A stretch of 32,000 nt of DNA from Pseudomonas aeruginosa (GTDB lineage Bacteria; Pseudomonadota; Gammaproteobacteria; Pseudomonadales; Pseudomonadaceae), in the NCBI RefSeq assembly GCF_001457615.1, contig NZ_LN831024.1, forward strand, positions 3,510,001-3,542,000. The letters are read 5' to 3'. The translations under genes and the position numbers were made by a program. The notes beneath the pieces are model-generated. The model worked only from the letters and a program-made list of their open reading frames with translations. It did not search any database and had not been told where the DNA came from. Shown piece by piece: positions 6,874-15,210 of the stretch. How positions within the stretch are numbered: the first letter of the stretch is position 1; every line of letters begins with the position of its first letter.

Positions 6874-7749
6874 ATGAACCCTCCGCAACCACGCCTCATC
6901 GATAACGGCAACGGCCATCCGCTGGCCAGCCATTGGTACCGGCCTGCCGGGGAGCCGCGCGGCTATCTCCTGATCGTCCCGGCGATGGGAGTGGAACAGC
7001 GCTTCTACGCGCCCTTCGCCGCCTGGCTGGCAGAGCGCGGCTACCTGGCCATCACCTTCGACTACCTGGGCATGGGGCAATCGCGCAACGGCTCGCTGCG
7101 CGGTCTCGAGGTCGATGTGCTGGGCTGGGCCCGTCATGACTGCAGCGCCATGCTCGCCGCCGCGCTCGCCGAGAGCGGGAGCAAGCCCCTGTACTGGATC
7201 GGCCATAGCCTGGGCGGCCAGATCCTGCCCTTCGTCGAAGGGCGCGAGCGTATCGATAGGGTCTTCAGCATCGCCAGCGGCAGTGGCTACTGGAAGGAAA
7301 ACAGCCCGCGGTTGCGCAACAAGGTCTGGTTGTTCTGGTACCTCGTCGCGCCCCTGCTGACGCCGCTGCTCGGCTATTTTCCCGGGCGCCGCCTGGGCAT
7401 GGTCGGCGACCTGCCGCGCGGGGTGATCGAACAATGGCGACGCTGGTGCCTGCATCCGCAGTACGCCCTCGCGGATGGCGAGGCCATCCGCCGCGCCTTC
7501 TCCGCCGTACGCACGCCCATCGTGTCGCTGTCGTTCACCGACGATGAAATGATGTCCCGACGCAGCATCGAGTCGCTGCTGGGCTTCTACCGCGAAGCGC
7601 CGAAAACCGCCTGGCGCATCGCTCCCGAGGAAATCGGCGCCCGCCACATCGGCCATTTCGGCTTCTTCCGGCCGCAGTTCGCCGAATCGCTATGGGCGGG
7701 CTACCTGTTGCCGGAGCTGGGCTCCGGCAACGCCCTCAGCCGAGGTTGA
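6874..7749 (+). CDS. Alpha/beta-fold serine hydrolase
   Basis: The listed ORF starts at 6721 and would overlap the previous gene. The ATG at 6874 has a GGAG SD (6864-6867). GHSLGG nucleophile elbow and C-terminal IGHFGFF (catalytic His region). 291 aa. Confidence 0.8.
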   Translation: MNPPQPRLIDNGNGHPLASHWYRPAGEPRGYLLIVPAMGVEQRFYAPFAAWLAERGYLAITFDYLGMGQSRNGSLRGLEVDVLGWARHDCSAMLAAALAESGSKPLYWIGHSLGGQILPFVEGRERIDRVFSIASGSGYWKENSPRLRNKVWLFWYLVAPLLTPLLGYFPGRRLGMVGDLPRGVIEQWRRWCLHPQYALADGEAIRRAFSAVRTPIVSLSFTDDEMMSRRSIESLLGFYREAPKTAWRIAPEEIGARHIGHFGFFRPQFAESLWAGYLLPELGSGNALSRG

Positions 7750-8728
7750 CCAGCACCCGGCCGACCAGCTTGCCGGCGAGGATCTGGTTGATCGCCCCCG
7801 GCAGCTCTTCGAGGGCGATCTCGCGCGCCACCTCTTCGAGGTTGTCGAGCTTCCATTGCAGCGACAGCTTGTCCCAAATGGATGCCTTGACCACCAGCGG
7901 CAGCTCCACCGAGTCCACCCCGAGCAGGTTGACCCCGCGCAGGATGAACGGCAGCACCGAGGCCTTGAAGCCGGCGCCGGCGGTCAGGCCGCAGCAGGCG
8001 ACGCTGCCGCCGTACTGCAACGACTTGACCACATTGAAGAGGATGTCGCCGCCGACGGTGTCCACCGCGCCGGCCCACTGTTCCTTGAGCAACGGCTTGT
8101 CGACGCCATCGGCCACGGTGGCGCGATCGAGGATCTGCTTGGCCCCCAGGCGGTTGAGGAACTCGGCCTGCTCCAGCTTGCCGGTGGCGGCCGCCACGGT
8201 GTAGCCGAGCTTGGCCAGCAGTTCCACGGCGATACTGCCGACCCCGCCGCTGGCGCCGGTGACCAGCACCGAGCCATGGTCGGGGCGCAGGCCGCTGCGC
8301 TCCAGCTTTTCGACGCAGAGCGCCGCGGTCAGGCCGGCGGTGCCGAGGATCATCGCCTCGCGCAGGCTCAGGCCTTGCGGGCGCTTGATCACCCAGGCCG
8401 CGGGCACGCGGATGTACTGGCCGAAACCGCCGGCGGTGTTCATGCCCAGGTCGTAGCCGGTGACGATCACCTCGTCACCGGCCGCGAACTCGGCCACCGA
8501 GGACTCGGCGACCACACCGGCGGCATCGATGCCGGGGGTATGCGGGTACTTGCGGGTCACCCCGCGGTTGCCGCTGGCGGACAGCGCATCCTTGTAGTTC
8601 AGCGAGGAATACTGCACGCGGATCAGTACGTCGCCCGCCGGCAGGTCGCCGGTATCGCGCTCGACCACCTGCGTTTCGTAAACGCCGTGGGGCGCTTCCG
8701 TCACCCACAACGCCTTGAATACAGCCAT
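7736..8728 (-). CDS. YhdH/AcuI-type NADPH-dependent oxidoreductase (MDR family; quinone/acrylyl-CoA reductase-like)
   Basis: 330 aa. Collinear similarity to E. coli YhdH as recalled (SSLNYKDALSASG..., TGASGGVGS, GGSVACCGL, PFILRGV). GGAGG SD upstream of the ATG at 8728. Confidence 0.88.
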   Translation of the reverse strand: MAVFKALWVTEAPHGVYETQVVERDTGDLPAGDVLIRVQYSSLNYKDALSASGNRGVTRKYPHTPGIDAAGVVAESSVAEFAAGDEVIVTGYDLGMNTAGGFGQYIRVPAAWVIKRPQGLSLREAMILGTAGLTAALCVEKLERSGLRPDHGSVLVTGASGGVGSIAVELLAKLGYTVAAATGKLEQAEFLNRLGAKQILDRATVADGVDKPLLKEQWAGAVDTVGGDILFNVVKSLQYGGSVACCGLTAGAGFKASVLPFILRGVNLLGVDSVELPLVVKASIWDKLSLQWKLDNLEEVAREIALEELPGAINQILAGKLVGRVLVNLG

Positions 8729-8786
8729 TTCGACCTCCTCTCGTGAAAACCCTGAAGACAGCGTGTTCGTCCCTGTCGGCGCCGGC

Positions 8787-9812
8787 CTATTGCCAGAACT
8801 TCTGCTGGTTGAGCCGCCCCCACCAGGTCACCAGCACGCGGTCGATAACCACGCTGGCGGCCAGGCCGACGCGTTCCTGCAGGCTCTTGCGCTCGACGAA
8901 TTGCACCTGGTAGACATCGCGCTCCCTGGCCTGCTCGGCCAGGTACTCGTCGCTGGTCTTGAGTTCGTCCACCAGCAGCTTGCCCAGTGCGGCCTGGCCC
9001 AGCCAGACCTCGCCGGTGGCGATCTCGTCCATGTTCAGTTGCGGCCGGTAGTGGGCCACGAAGTTCTTGAACAGTTCGTGGGTCACCTCCAGGTCCTCCT
9101 GGAACTTTTCCCGGCCCTTCTCGGTGTTCTCGCCGAATACCGTCAGCGTACGCTTGTATTCGCCGGCGGTAAGCACCTCGAAGTCAATATCGTGCTTCTT
9201 CAACAGCCGGTGGACGTTGGGCAACTGCGCCACCACGCCGATCGAGCCGAGGATGGCGAAGGGCGCGGAAAGGATCCGATCGCCGATGCAGGCCATCATG
9301 TAGCCGCCGCTGGCCGCCACCTTGTCGACGCACACGGTCAGCGGCACACCGGCCTGGCGGATGCGCGCCAGTTGCGAGGCCGCCAGGCCGTAGCCATGGA
9401 CCATGCCACCGCCGCTTTCCAGGCGCAGCACCACCTCGTCGTCCTTGCCCGCCATGCTCAGCACCGCAGTCACTTCGTGGCGCAGTTGCTCGGTAGCCGA
9501 GGCCTTGATGTCGCCGTCGAAATCGAGCACGTAGACCCGCGACTTCTGTTCAGGATGTTTCTTCGCCTGCTTCGCCGCCTTGCTCTCCTCCTTGCGCAAG
9601 GCCTTGAGGCTGGCCTTGTCGAGGACGCTGTGGCGGACCCGCTCGCGCAGGTCCTTGTAGAAATCGTTGAGCTTCTGCACGTCGAGGTGCCCGCCTGCGC
9701 CGCGCCGGCCGCGGCCGCGCAGGGCGACGATCACCACCAGCACCACGATGATCGCCGCCAGCACGGTCACGGTCCTGGCCAGAAAGCCCGCATATTCGGC
9801 AATGAACTCCAC
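8787..9812 (-). CDS. sohB: SohB, S49-family membrane-anchored serine peptidase
   Basis: 341 aa, GTG start with GAGGGGG SD. The N-terminus MEFIAEYAGFLARTVTVL parallels E. coli SohB. S49 catalytic region DKVAASGGYMMAC. Confidence 0.9.
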   Translation of the reverse strand: MEFIAEYAGFLARTVTVLAAIIVVLVVIVALRGRGRRGAGGHLDVQKLNDFYKDLRERVRHSVLDKASLKALRKEESKAAKQAKKHPEQKSRVYVLDFDGDIKASATEQLRHEVTAVLSMAGKDDEVVLRLESGGGMVHGYGLAASQLARIRQAGVPLTVCVDKVAASGGYMMACIGDRILSAPFAILGSIGVVAQLPNVHRLLKKHDIDFEVLTAGEYKRTLTVFGENTEKGREKFQEDLEVTHELFKNFVAHYRPQLNMDEIATGEVWLGQAALGKLLVDELKTSDEYLAEQARERDVYQVQFVERKSLQERVGLAASVVIDRVLVTWWGRLNQQKFWQ

Positions 9813-9986
9813 ACAACCCCCTCTCTACTGTTGACGCACCCGTCTACGGGCGACACGATTGCGCAAGCATACCCAGGCCACCGACGGGCGGCCAGCGATG
9901 CCACTGCCTGGAGAGCCTTTGCAGGGCGCGCCCGGAGCAGCCGATAAAGGCAGCGAATGACATTCAAACAAGCGTATGTTTTTTCG

Positions 9987-10015
9987 TTGACAGCCCTGGG
10001 TGATCCTCATACCCT
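9987..10015 (+). promoter_or_regulatory. Sigma70-like promoter candidate for the histidine-phosphatase/SCP2 unit
   Basis: TTGACA (9987-9992), a 17-nt spacer, then TACCCT (10010-10015), preceded by a T-rich UP-like run (ATGTTTTTTCG). About 30 nt upstream of the GTG at 10046. Confidence 0.35.
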
Positions 10016-10045
10016 CGCGGAACTTTCACCCGCCGAGGTCCGCCC

Positions 10046-10756
10046 GTGGGCAGCATCTACCTGATTCGACATGGCCAGGCGTCGTTCGGTGCCGACGACT
10101 ACGACGTGCTGTCGCCGACCGGCATCCGCCAGGCGGAAATCCTCGGCGACCACCTGCTGAACCTCGGCGTCCGTTTCGACCGCGTCCTCAGCGGCGGCTT
10201 GCGCCGCCAGCAGCACACCGCCCGCGCCGCCCTCGAACGCCTGGAGTCCTCCGGGCTGGCCACGCCGGAGCTGGAAGTCGATCCGGCGTTCAACGAATTC
10301 GAAGCCGACGCGGTGATCCGCGCGCACCTGCCGGACCTGCTCGATGAGCAGCCGGAAGCCTTGCACATCCTTCGCCATGCGGCCGAGCATCGGGCCGAGT
10401 TCCAGCGCCTGTTCTCCACCATCATCGCGCGCTGGGTTTCCGGCAACCATGAGAAAGATGGGCTGGAAAGCTGGCAGGAATTCCTCGATAAGGTCCATGA
10501 CGGTCTTCGTCGTCTGCTGGCGCAGGCCAGCGGCAAGGACAGGGTCGCCGTGTTCACCTCCGGCGGTACCATTACCGCCCTGCTCCAGCTGATCGTCGGC
10601 GTTCCGCCGCTCAAGGCCTTCGAGCTGAACTGGCAGATCGTCAATACCTCGCTGACTCGCCTGAAATTCCGCGGCGAGGAAGTGTCCCTGGCTTCCTTCA
10701 ACAGTCACGTGCACCTGGAACTGTTGAAGGCGCCGGAACTCATCACCTATCGATGA
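10046..10756 (+). CDS. Histidine phosphatase superfamily (phosphoglycerate-mutase-like) protein
   Basis: 236 aa, GTG start. N-terminal IYLIRHGQASFG carries the catalytic RHG motif. GAGG SD upstream. Confidence 0.85.
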   Translation: MGSIYLIRHGQASFGADDYDVLSPTGIRQAEILGDHLLNLGVRFDRVLSGGLRRQQHTARAALERLESSGLATPELEVDPAFNEFEADAVIRAHLPDLLDEQPEALHILRHAAEHRAEFQRLFSTIIARWVSGNHEKDGLESWQEFLDKVHDGLRRLLAQASGKDRVAVFTSGGTITALLQLIVGVPPLKAFELNWQIVNTSLTRLKFRGEEVSLASFNSHVHLELLKAPELITYR

Positions 10757-10816
10757 GCCGGCCTACCGCGACCGTTCCGGTCGCCGAAAAAACCCTAGAA
10801 GAAAGGAATAGAACCC

Positions 10817-11131
10817 ATGACCACCGTTGCTGACATCGTCTCCACCATGAAAAGCAAGTTCAACGCCAGCGCGGCCGCCGGCCTGGATCTGGTGTTCCAG
10901 TTCAACATCGAAGACGGCGACAACCACTACCTGGTCGTCAAGGATGGTACCTGCGAAGTGGTACAGGGCGACGCCGAGAACCCCAACGTCACCCTGATCA
11001 TGGACAGCGAAACCCTGAAGGGCATCACCAGCGGCGAGACCGACGGCATGCAGGCCTTCATGGCCGGCAAGCTGCGCGCCGAAGGCGACATGATGCTGGC
11101 GATGAAGCTGGGCGAACTGTTCCCGGTCTGA
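10817..11131 (+). CDS. SCP2 (sterol/lipid carrier) domain protein
   Basis: 104 aa. The C-terminal GETDGMQAFMAGKLRAEGDMMLAMKLGELF is the hallmark SCP2 motif. Confidence 0.85.
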   Translation: MTTVADIVSTMKSKFNASAAAGLDLVFQFNIEDGDNHYLVVKDGTCEVVQGDAENPNVTLIMDSETLKGITSGETDGMQAFMAGKLRAEGDMMLAMKLGELFPV

Positions 11132-11156
11132 CCGTTTCCGGCGCCATGCCAGAAGG

Positions 11157-11190
11157 AAAACCGGAGTCCCTCGCGGCTCCGGTTTTTTTT
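11157..11190 (+). terminator. Rho-independent terminator after the SCP2 gene
   Basis: AAAACCGGAG (11157-11166) pairs with CTCCGGTTTT (11177-11186), followed by a T-run of 8 (11183-11190). Confidence 0.8.
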
Positions 11191-11388
11191 CGTCCGGCAT
11201 TCCTCCAGGCCGACGATCAGGGACCGTGATGGAGCGGCAACACGCTTGCCCATAACGCCTGGCGGCGGCTTGTGAGGGCCGGGACAGGGCATTAGATTAG
11301 CCAATTATCGCCGGTCACCATCATTGCGCAGCCTGATGCGCGCACCGGCTCCCGCGGCTCCGCCGTGGCACCACGAGAAGGGAACCCC

Positions 11389-12459
11389 ATGTCGCTGACC
11401 GACCAATCCACTCGCATCCGCGCCGGCGAAGAACTCGACGCCGCCGTCATCGACCCGTACCTGAAAGCCCATATCCCCGGCCTCGAAGGCACCCCGAAGA
11501 TCAGCCAGTTCCCCGGTGGCGCGTCCAACCTGACCTACCTGATCGAGTATCCGCGCCAAGAGTTCGTCCTGCGTCGCCCGCCATTCGGCCACAAGGCCAA
11601 GTCGGCCCACGACATGGGCCGCGAATACCGCATCCTGAACCAGTTGAACGCAGGCTTCCCCTACTGCCCGAAAGCCTACCTCTACTGCACCGACGAGTCG
11701 GTGATCGGCGCCGAGTTCTACATCATGGAACGGGTCAAGGGCATCATCCTGCGCGCCGAACTGCCGCCTGAGCTGAATCTCGACGAACAACAGACCCGCA
11801 GCCTGTGCAAGAGCTTCATCGACAAGTTCGTCGAACTGCACAACGTCGACTACGCCGCCTGCGGACTGGCCGACCTGGGCCGCCCGGACGGCTACGTGCA
11901 GCGCCAGATCGCCGGCTGGACCGACCGCTACGAGAAGGCCCTGACCCCCGACGCGCCGCTCTGGGAACCGGTCAAGGCCTGGCTCAAGGACAAGCAGCCG
12001 GCCGATCACCACAAGCCGGGCATCGTGCACAACGACTACCGCTTCGACAACGTGATCCTCGACCCGGAAAACCCGATGCAGATCATCGGCGTGCTGGACT
12101 GGGAACTGGCCACCCTCGGCGATCCGCTGATGGACCTCGGCAATACCCTCGCCTACTGGGTGGAAGCCGGCGACCCGGCTCCGGTGCAGCTGACCCGCCG
12201 CCAGCCCAGCCACCTGCCGGGCATGCTGACCCGCCGAGAGTTCGCCGACTACTACGCCGAGCGGGCCGGGATCCCACCGATCGACAACCTGGACTTCTAC
12301 TACACCTATGGCCTGTTCCGTCTTGCCGGCATCGTCCAGCAGATCTACTACCGCTACTACCACGGGCAGACCCAGGACAAGCGTTTCGCCCAGTTCGTGC
12401 AGATGAACAAGCTGCTGGAGCAGATGAGCCTGCAGGCCATCGAGCGCTCCCGCCTGTAA
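11389..12459 (+). CDS. APH-fold phosphotransferase resembling the ACAD10/ACAD11 kinase domain and LvaA
   Basis: The listed ORF starts at 11365, but the ATG at 11389 has a GAGAAGGGA SD. FPGGASNLTY nucleotide loop, HNDYRFDN (HxDxxxxN) catalytic loop and LDWELATLGDP (DWE) motif. 356 aa. Confidence 0.85.
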   Translation: MSLTDQSTRIRAGEELDAAVIDPYLKAHIPGLEGTPKISQFPGGASNLTYLIEYPRQEFVLRRPPFGHKAKSAHDMGREYRILNQLNAGFPYCPKAYLYCTDESVIGAEFYIMERVKGIILRAELPPELNLDEQQTRSLCKSFIDKFVELHNVDYAACGLADLGRPDGYVQRQIAGWTDRYEKALTPDAPLWEPVKAWLKDKQPADHHKPGIVHNDYRFDNVILDPENPMQIIGVLDWELATLGDPLMDLGNTLAYWVEAGDPAPVQLTRRQPSHLPGMLTRREFADYYAERAGIPPIDNLDFYYTYGLFRLAGIVQQIYYRYYHGQTQDKRFAQFVQMNKLLEQMSLQAIERSRL

Positions 12460-12483
12460 CCGACCACTACAAGGGGATAGCCC

Positions 12484-13251
12484 ATGTCCAAGACCCACCT
12501 GTTCGACCTCGACGGCAAGATCGCCTTCGTTTCCGGCGCCAGCCGCGGCATCGGCGAGGCGATAGCCAAGCTGCTGGCCCAGCAAGGCGCCCACGTGATC
12601 GTCTCGAGCCGCAAGATCGATGGCTGCCAGGCGGTCGCCGACGCGATCACCGCGGAGGGCGGCAAGGCCACCGCGATCGCCTGCCACATCGGCGAGATGG
12701 AGCAGATCCAGAACGTCTTCGCACAGATCCGCGAGCAGTTCGGCCGCCTCGACATCCTGGTCAACAACGCCGCCACCAACCCGCAGTTCTGCAACGTACT
12801 GGAAACCGACCTCGGCGCCTTCCAGAAGACCGTCGACGTCAACATCCGCGGCTACTACTTCATGTCCATCGAGGGCGGCAAGCTGATGAAGGAACACGGC
12901 GGCGGCAGCATCATCAACGTGGCCTCGATCAACGGCGTATCGCCCGGCGAGTTCCAGGGCATCTACTCGGTGACCAAGGCCGCCGTGATCAGCATGACCA
13001 AGGTCTTCGCCAAGGAATGCGCGCAGTTCGGCATCCGCTGCAACGCCCTCCTGCCAGGGTTGACCGACACCAAGTTCGCTTCGGCGCTGGTGAAGAACGA
13101 CGCGATCCGCAACCTCGCCCTGCAGCGCATCCCGCTCAAGCGCGTGGCCGAGCCGAGCGAAATGGCAGGCGCCGTACTCTACCTGGCTAGCGAAGCGTCC
13201 AGCTACACCACCGGCGTGGCGCTGAACGTCGACGGCGGCTTCCTTTCCTGA
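12484..13251 (+). CDS. Short-chain dehydrogenase/reductase (classical SDR)
   Basis: 255 aa. VSGASRGIGEAIA cofactor motif, NNAA, and the catalytic YSVTK (YxxxK). It starts 24 nt after the kinase gene, so they likely share an operon. Confidence 0.9.
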   Translation: MSKTHLFDLDGKIAFVSGASRGIGEAIAKLLAQQGAHVIVSSRKIDGCQAVADAITAEGGKATAIACHIGEMEQIQNVFAQIREQFGRLDILVNNAATNPQFCNVLETDLGAFQKTVDVNIRGYYFMSIEGGKLMKEHGGGSIINVASINGVSPGEFQGIYSVTKAAVISMTKVFAKECAQFGIRCNALLPGLTDTKFASALVKNDAIRNLALQRIPLKRVAEPSEMAGAVLYLASEASSYTTGVALNVDGGFLS

Positions 13252-13269
13252 CGGAACGGCGAACGCGCG

Positions 13270-13300
13270 AAGAGGGAGCCAGGGCTCCCTCTTTTCATTT
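13270..13300 (+). terminator. Rho-independent terminator after the kinase-SDR operon
   Basis: AGAGGGAGC (13271-13279), loop CAGG, GCTCCCTCT (13284-13292), then TTTCATTT. Confidence 0.7.
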
Positions 13301-13411
13301 CAGGATTGCCAATGCCTCGCACCAGCGCGGGACAGGCGCCCCACGGCTATTCACCTGCGTTCTCGGGTAGCCGGACGAGTACCCCCATAGGCGTTACCCG
13401 CCGCTTCCACT

Positions 13412-14173
13412 TCAGTTGCCGACCCGCCAGCCACCGTTCACCGACACCACCGTTCCGGTGACGAACCCCGCCTCGGGCGAGGCCAGCCAGGCCACCGCCG
13501 CGGCGATGTCCTCGACCCGGCCGGTCCTGCCCAGCGGGGTCTCGCCGACGATGGCGGCGACCCGTTGCGGATCGAGGCCGCCGGGAAAGAACCGGGTGTC
13601 GGCGATGTAACCCGGCGCCACGCTGTTCACCGTGATCCCGCGCGAACCGAGTTCCCGCGCCAGGGCCACGCCGAAGCCATGCAGGCCGGCCTTGGCTGCC
13701 GCATAGCCCAGCGCACCAGGACTGCCGCTACCGGTCTGCGCAGCGATCGATCCGATATGGATGATCCGCCCGCCCTCTTCCGCGAAATGCGGCAACACCG
13801 CCAGCGACATGAGGAACGCGCTTTTCAGGTTGCCGTCCAGCAGCGCATCCCATTCCCGCTCGGCCTCAGCCAGCGGAGTGGTGGCGGCGATCTTTCGGGT
13901 GAACCCGGCGTTGTTCACCAGCACGTCGAGCCCCTGGAAGGTGTCGCCAACCCAGGCGGCCACCGCCTCGACAGCTTCGCGGCGGGAAAGATCGGCGGCC
14001 ATCCAGGGCACACCGCCCAACTCGGCGGCAGCGCGTTGCAGGCGCTGGGAATCACGGGCCACCAGGGCGATCCGATAACCCTGTTGCCGAAGGCGCCGGG
14101 CGATGGCCAGGCCGATGCCCGACGAGCCGCCGGTGACCAGGGCGGTACGGGGGATTGGAGAATGAGTGTGCAT
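13412..14173 (-). CDS. Short-chain dehydrogenase/reductase, divergent from the LysR regulator
   Basis: 253 aa. VTGGSSGIGLAIA, NNAG and YAAAK (YxxxK). GAGGAAG SD upstream of the ATG at 14173. Confidence 0.9.
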   Translation of the reverse strand: MHTHSPIPRTALVTGGSSGIGLAIARRLRQQGYRIALVARDSQRLQRAAAELGGVPWMAADLSRREAVEAVAAWVGDTFQGLDVLVNNAGFTRKIAATTPLAEAEREWDALLDGNLKSAFLMSLAVLPHFAEEGGRIIHIGSIAAQTGSGSPGALGYAAAKAGLHGFGVALARELGSRGITVNSVAPGYIADTRFFPGGLDPQRVAAIVGETPLGRTGRVEDIAAAVAWLASPEAGFVTGTVVSVNGGWRVGN

Positions 14174-14251
14174 GACGGGCTTCCTCTGTAATGGATGGAA
14201 CGCCTCGTCTGGCCAGAGCGAGCGTACGGATGGATTTTCGACGGATCCGCC

Positions 14252-14303
14252 GCGATATATCCAATACTGTCTTTCTTAACTCACCATATCCGGGAGATAT
14301 CGC
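14252..14303. promoter_or_regulatory. Candidate LysR-type binding sites in the SDR/LysR divergent region
   Basis: Palindromes GATATATC (14254-14261) and GATATC (14296-14301) lie 42 bp apart and are flanked as GCGATAT ... ATATCGC (14252-14258 / 14297-14303). An additional ATATCC is at 14286-14291. Assignment to the LysR protein is inferred from position only. Confidence 0.3.
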
Positions 14304-14304
14304 A

Positions 14305-15210
14305 ATGGCCGACTTACGCCAGTTCCGCCAGTTCGTCGCGGTTGCCGAGGAGCTGAGCTTCCGCCGCGCCGCTGAGCGCCTGCACATGGCCCAGCCACCG
14401 CTGACCACTGCGATCCGGCGGCTGGAAGAAGAAGTCGGCGCCAGCCTGCTGGAGCGTGACAACCGTATCCACCGCCTGACGCCGGCAGGCCGCGCGTTCC
14501 TCGACGAAGCCCGGCGCACCCTGGCCCAGGCCGAACGCACCCTGGCGGCCGCGCGCAGCGCCGCCAGCGGACGCAGAACGTTGCGCCTGGCGTTCGTCGA
14601 CAGCACCATCAATATTCTGCTACCGCGCATACTCCAGGCGTTCCGCCACCAGCATGGCGCGCTGGACTTCCAGCTCCAGGAAGACACCACCGCGGGGCAA
14701 CTGGAGGCGTTGCGCGAAGACCGCATCGATGCCGGCCTGATCGTCCTGCCGGTCGACCGCCAGCCCGGCCTGTACACACATCTACTGGTGGACGGCGACA
14801 TGCGCGTGGCATTGCCCGAAGGGCATCGGCTGGCACGCCATGCGCGCCTGCGCCTGGAACAACTGGCCGGAGAACCCTGGCTGCTGTTTCCACGGCACTA
14901 TGGGCCGGGCATGCACGACCTGATCGTCGCCGCCTGCGCGGCAGCCGGCTTCGTCCCGGAGGTGGTGCAGGAGGCGCGGCAGATGCAGACCATCGCCGGG
15001 CTGGTGGCCGGCGGCATCGGCGTCGCGCTAGTGCCTTCGCTGCTACAACCGTTGCGCCCGCCGGGGGTCACCTTTCGTCCCCTGCAAGGGCGGCGGGCGC
15101 GAATTCCCTATCGGCTGGCGCTGGCCTACCGCACGCCGTCGGAACTCATCGAACGCTTTCGCGAAACCGCCCAGGCGATCGCCGCCGCCCCGGCTTTTCG
15201 CATGGCCTAG
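14305..15210 (+). CDS. LysR-family transcriptional regulator
   Basis: The listed ORF starts at 14191. The ATG at 14305 has a GGGAGA SD (14292-14297) and gives the canonical LysR N-terminus MADLRQFRQFVAVAEELSFRRAAERLHMAQPPLTTAIRRLEEEVG. 301 aa. Confidence 0.9.
   Translation: MADLRQFRQFVAVAEELSFRRAAERLHMAQPPLTTAIRRLEEEVGASLLERDNRIHRLTPAGRAFLDEARRTLAQAERTLAAARSAASGRRTLRLAFVDSTINILLPRILQAFRHQHGALDFQLQEDTTAGQLEALREDRIDAGLIVLPVDRQPGLYTHLLVDGDMRVALPEGHRLARHARLRLEQLAGEPWLLFPRHYGPGMHDLIVAACAAAGFVPEVVQEARQMQTIAGLVAGGIGVALVPSLLQPLRPPGVTFRPLQGRRARIPYRLALAYRTPSELIERFRETAQAIAAAPAFRMA

Noticed and set aside
9767-10010. Two small minus-strand ORFs (66 and 61 aa) in the sohB/phosphatase divergent intergenic region
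   Set aside because: They have no SD, an Arg/Pro/Cys-rich atypical composition, and overlap each other and the promoter candidates. They are likely non-coding.
10768-10784. 7-bp hairpin GCGACCG-TTC-CGGTCGC between the phosphatase and SCP2 genes; possible terminator
   Set aside because: It has a 3-nt loop and is followed by an A-run rather than a U-run on the coding strand. It more likely marks an intra-operon processing or stability element, or nothing at all.
11305-12897. 530-aa ORF antisense to the kinase and SDR genes
   Set aside because: It spans two real genes and their intergenic gap on the opposite strand. The composition is low-complexity (V/A/G/D/L-rich) with no family resemblance.
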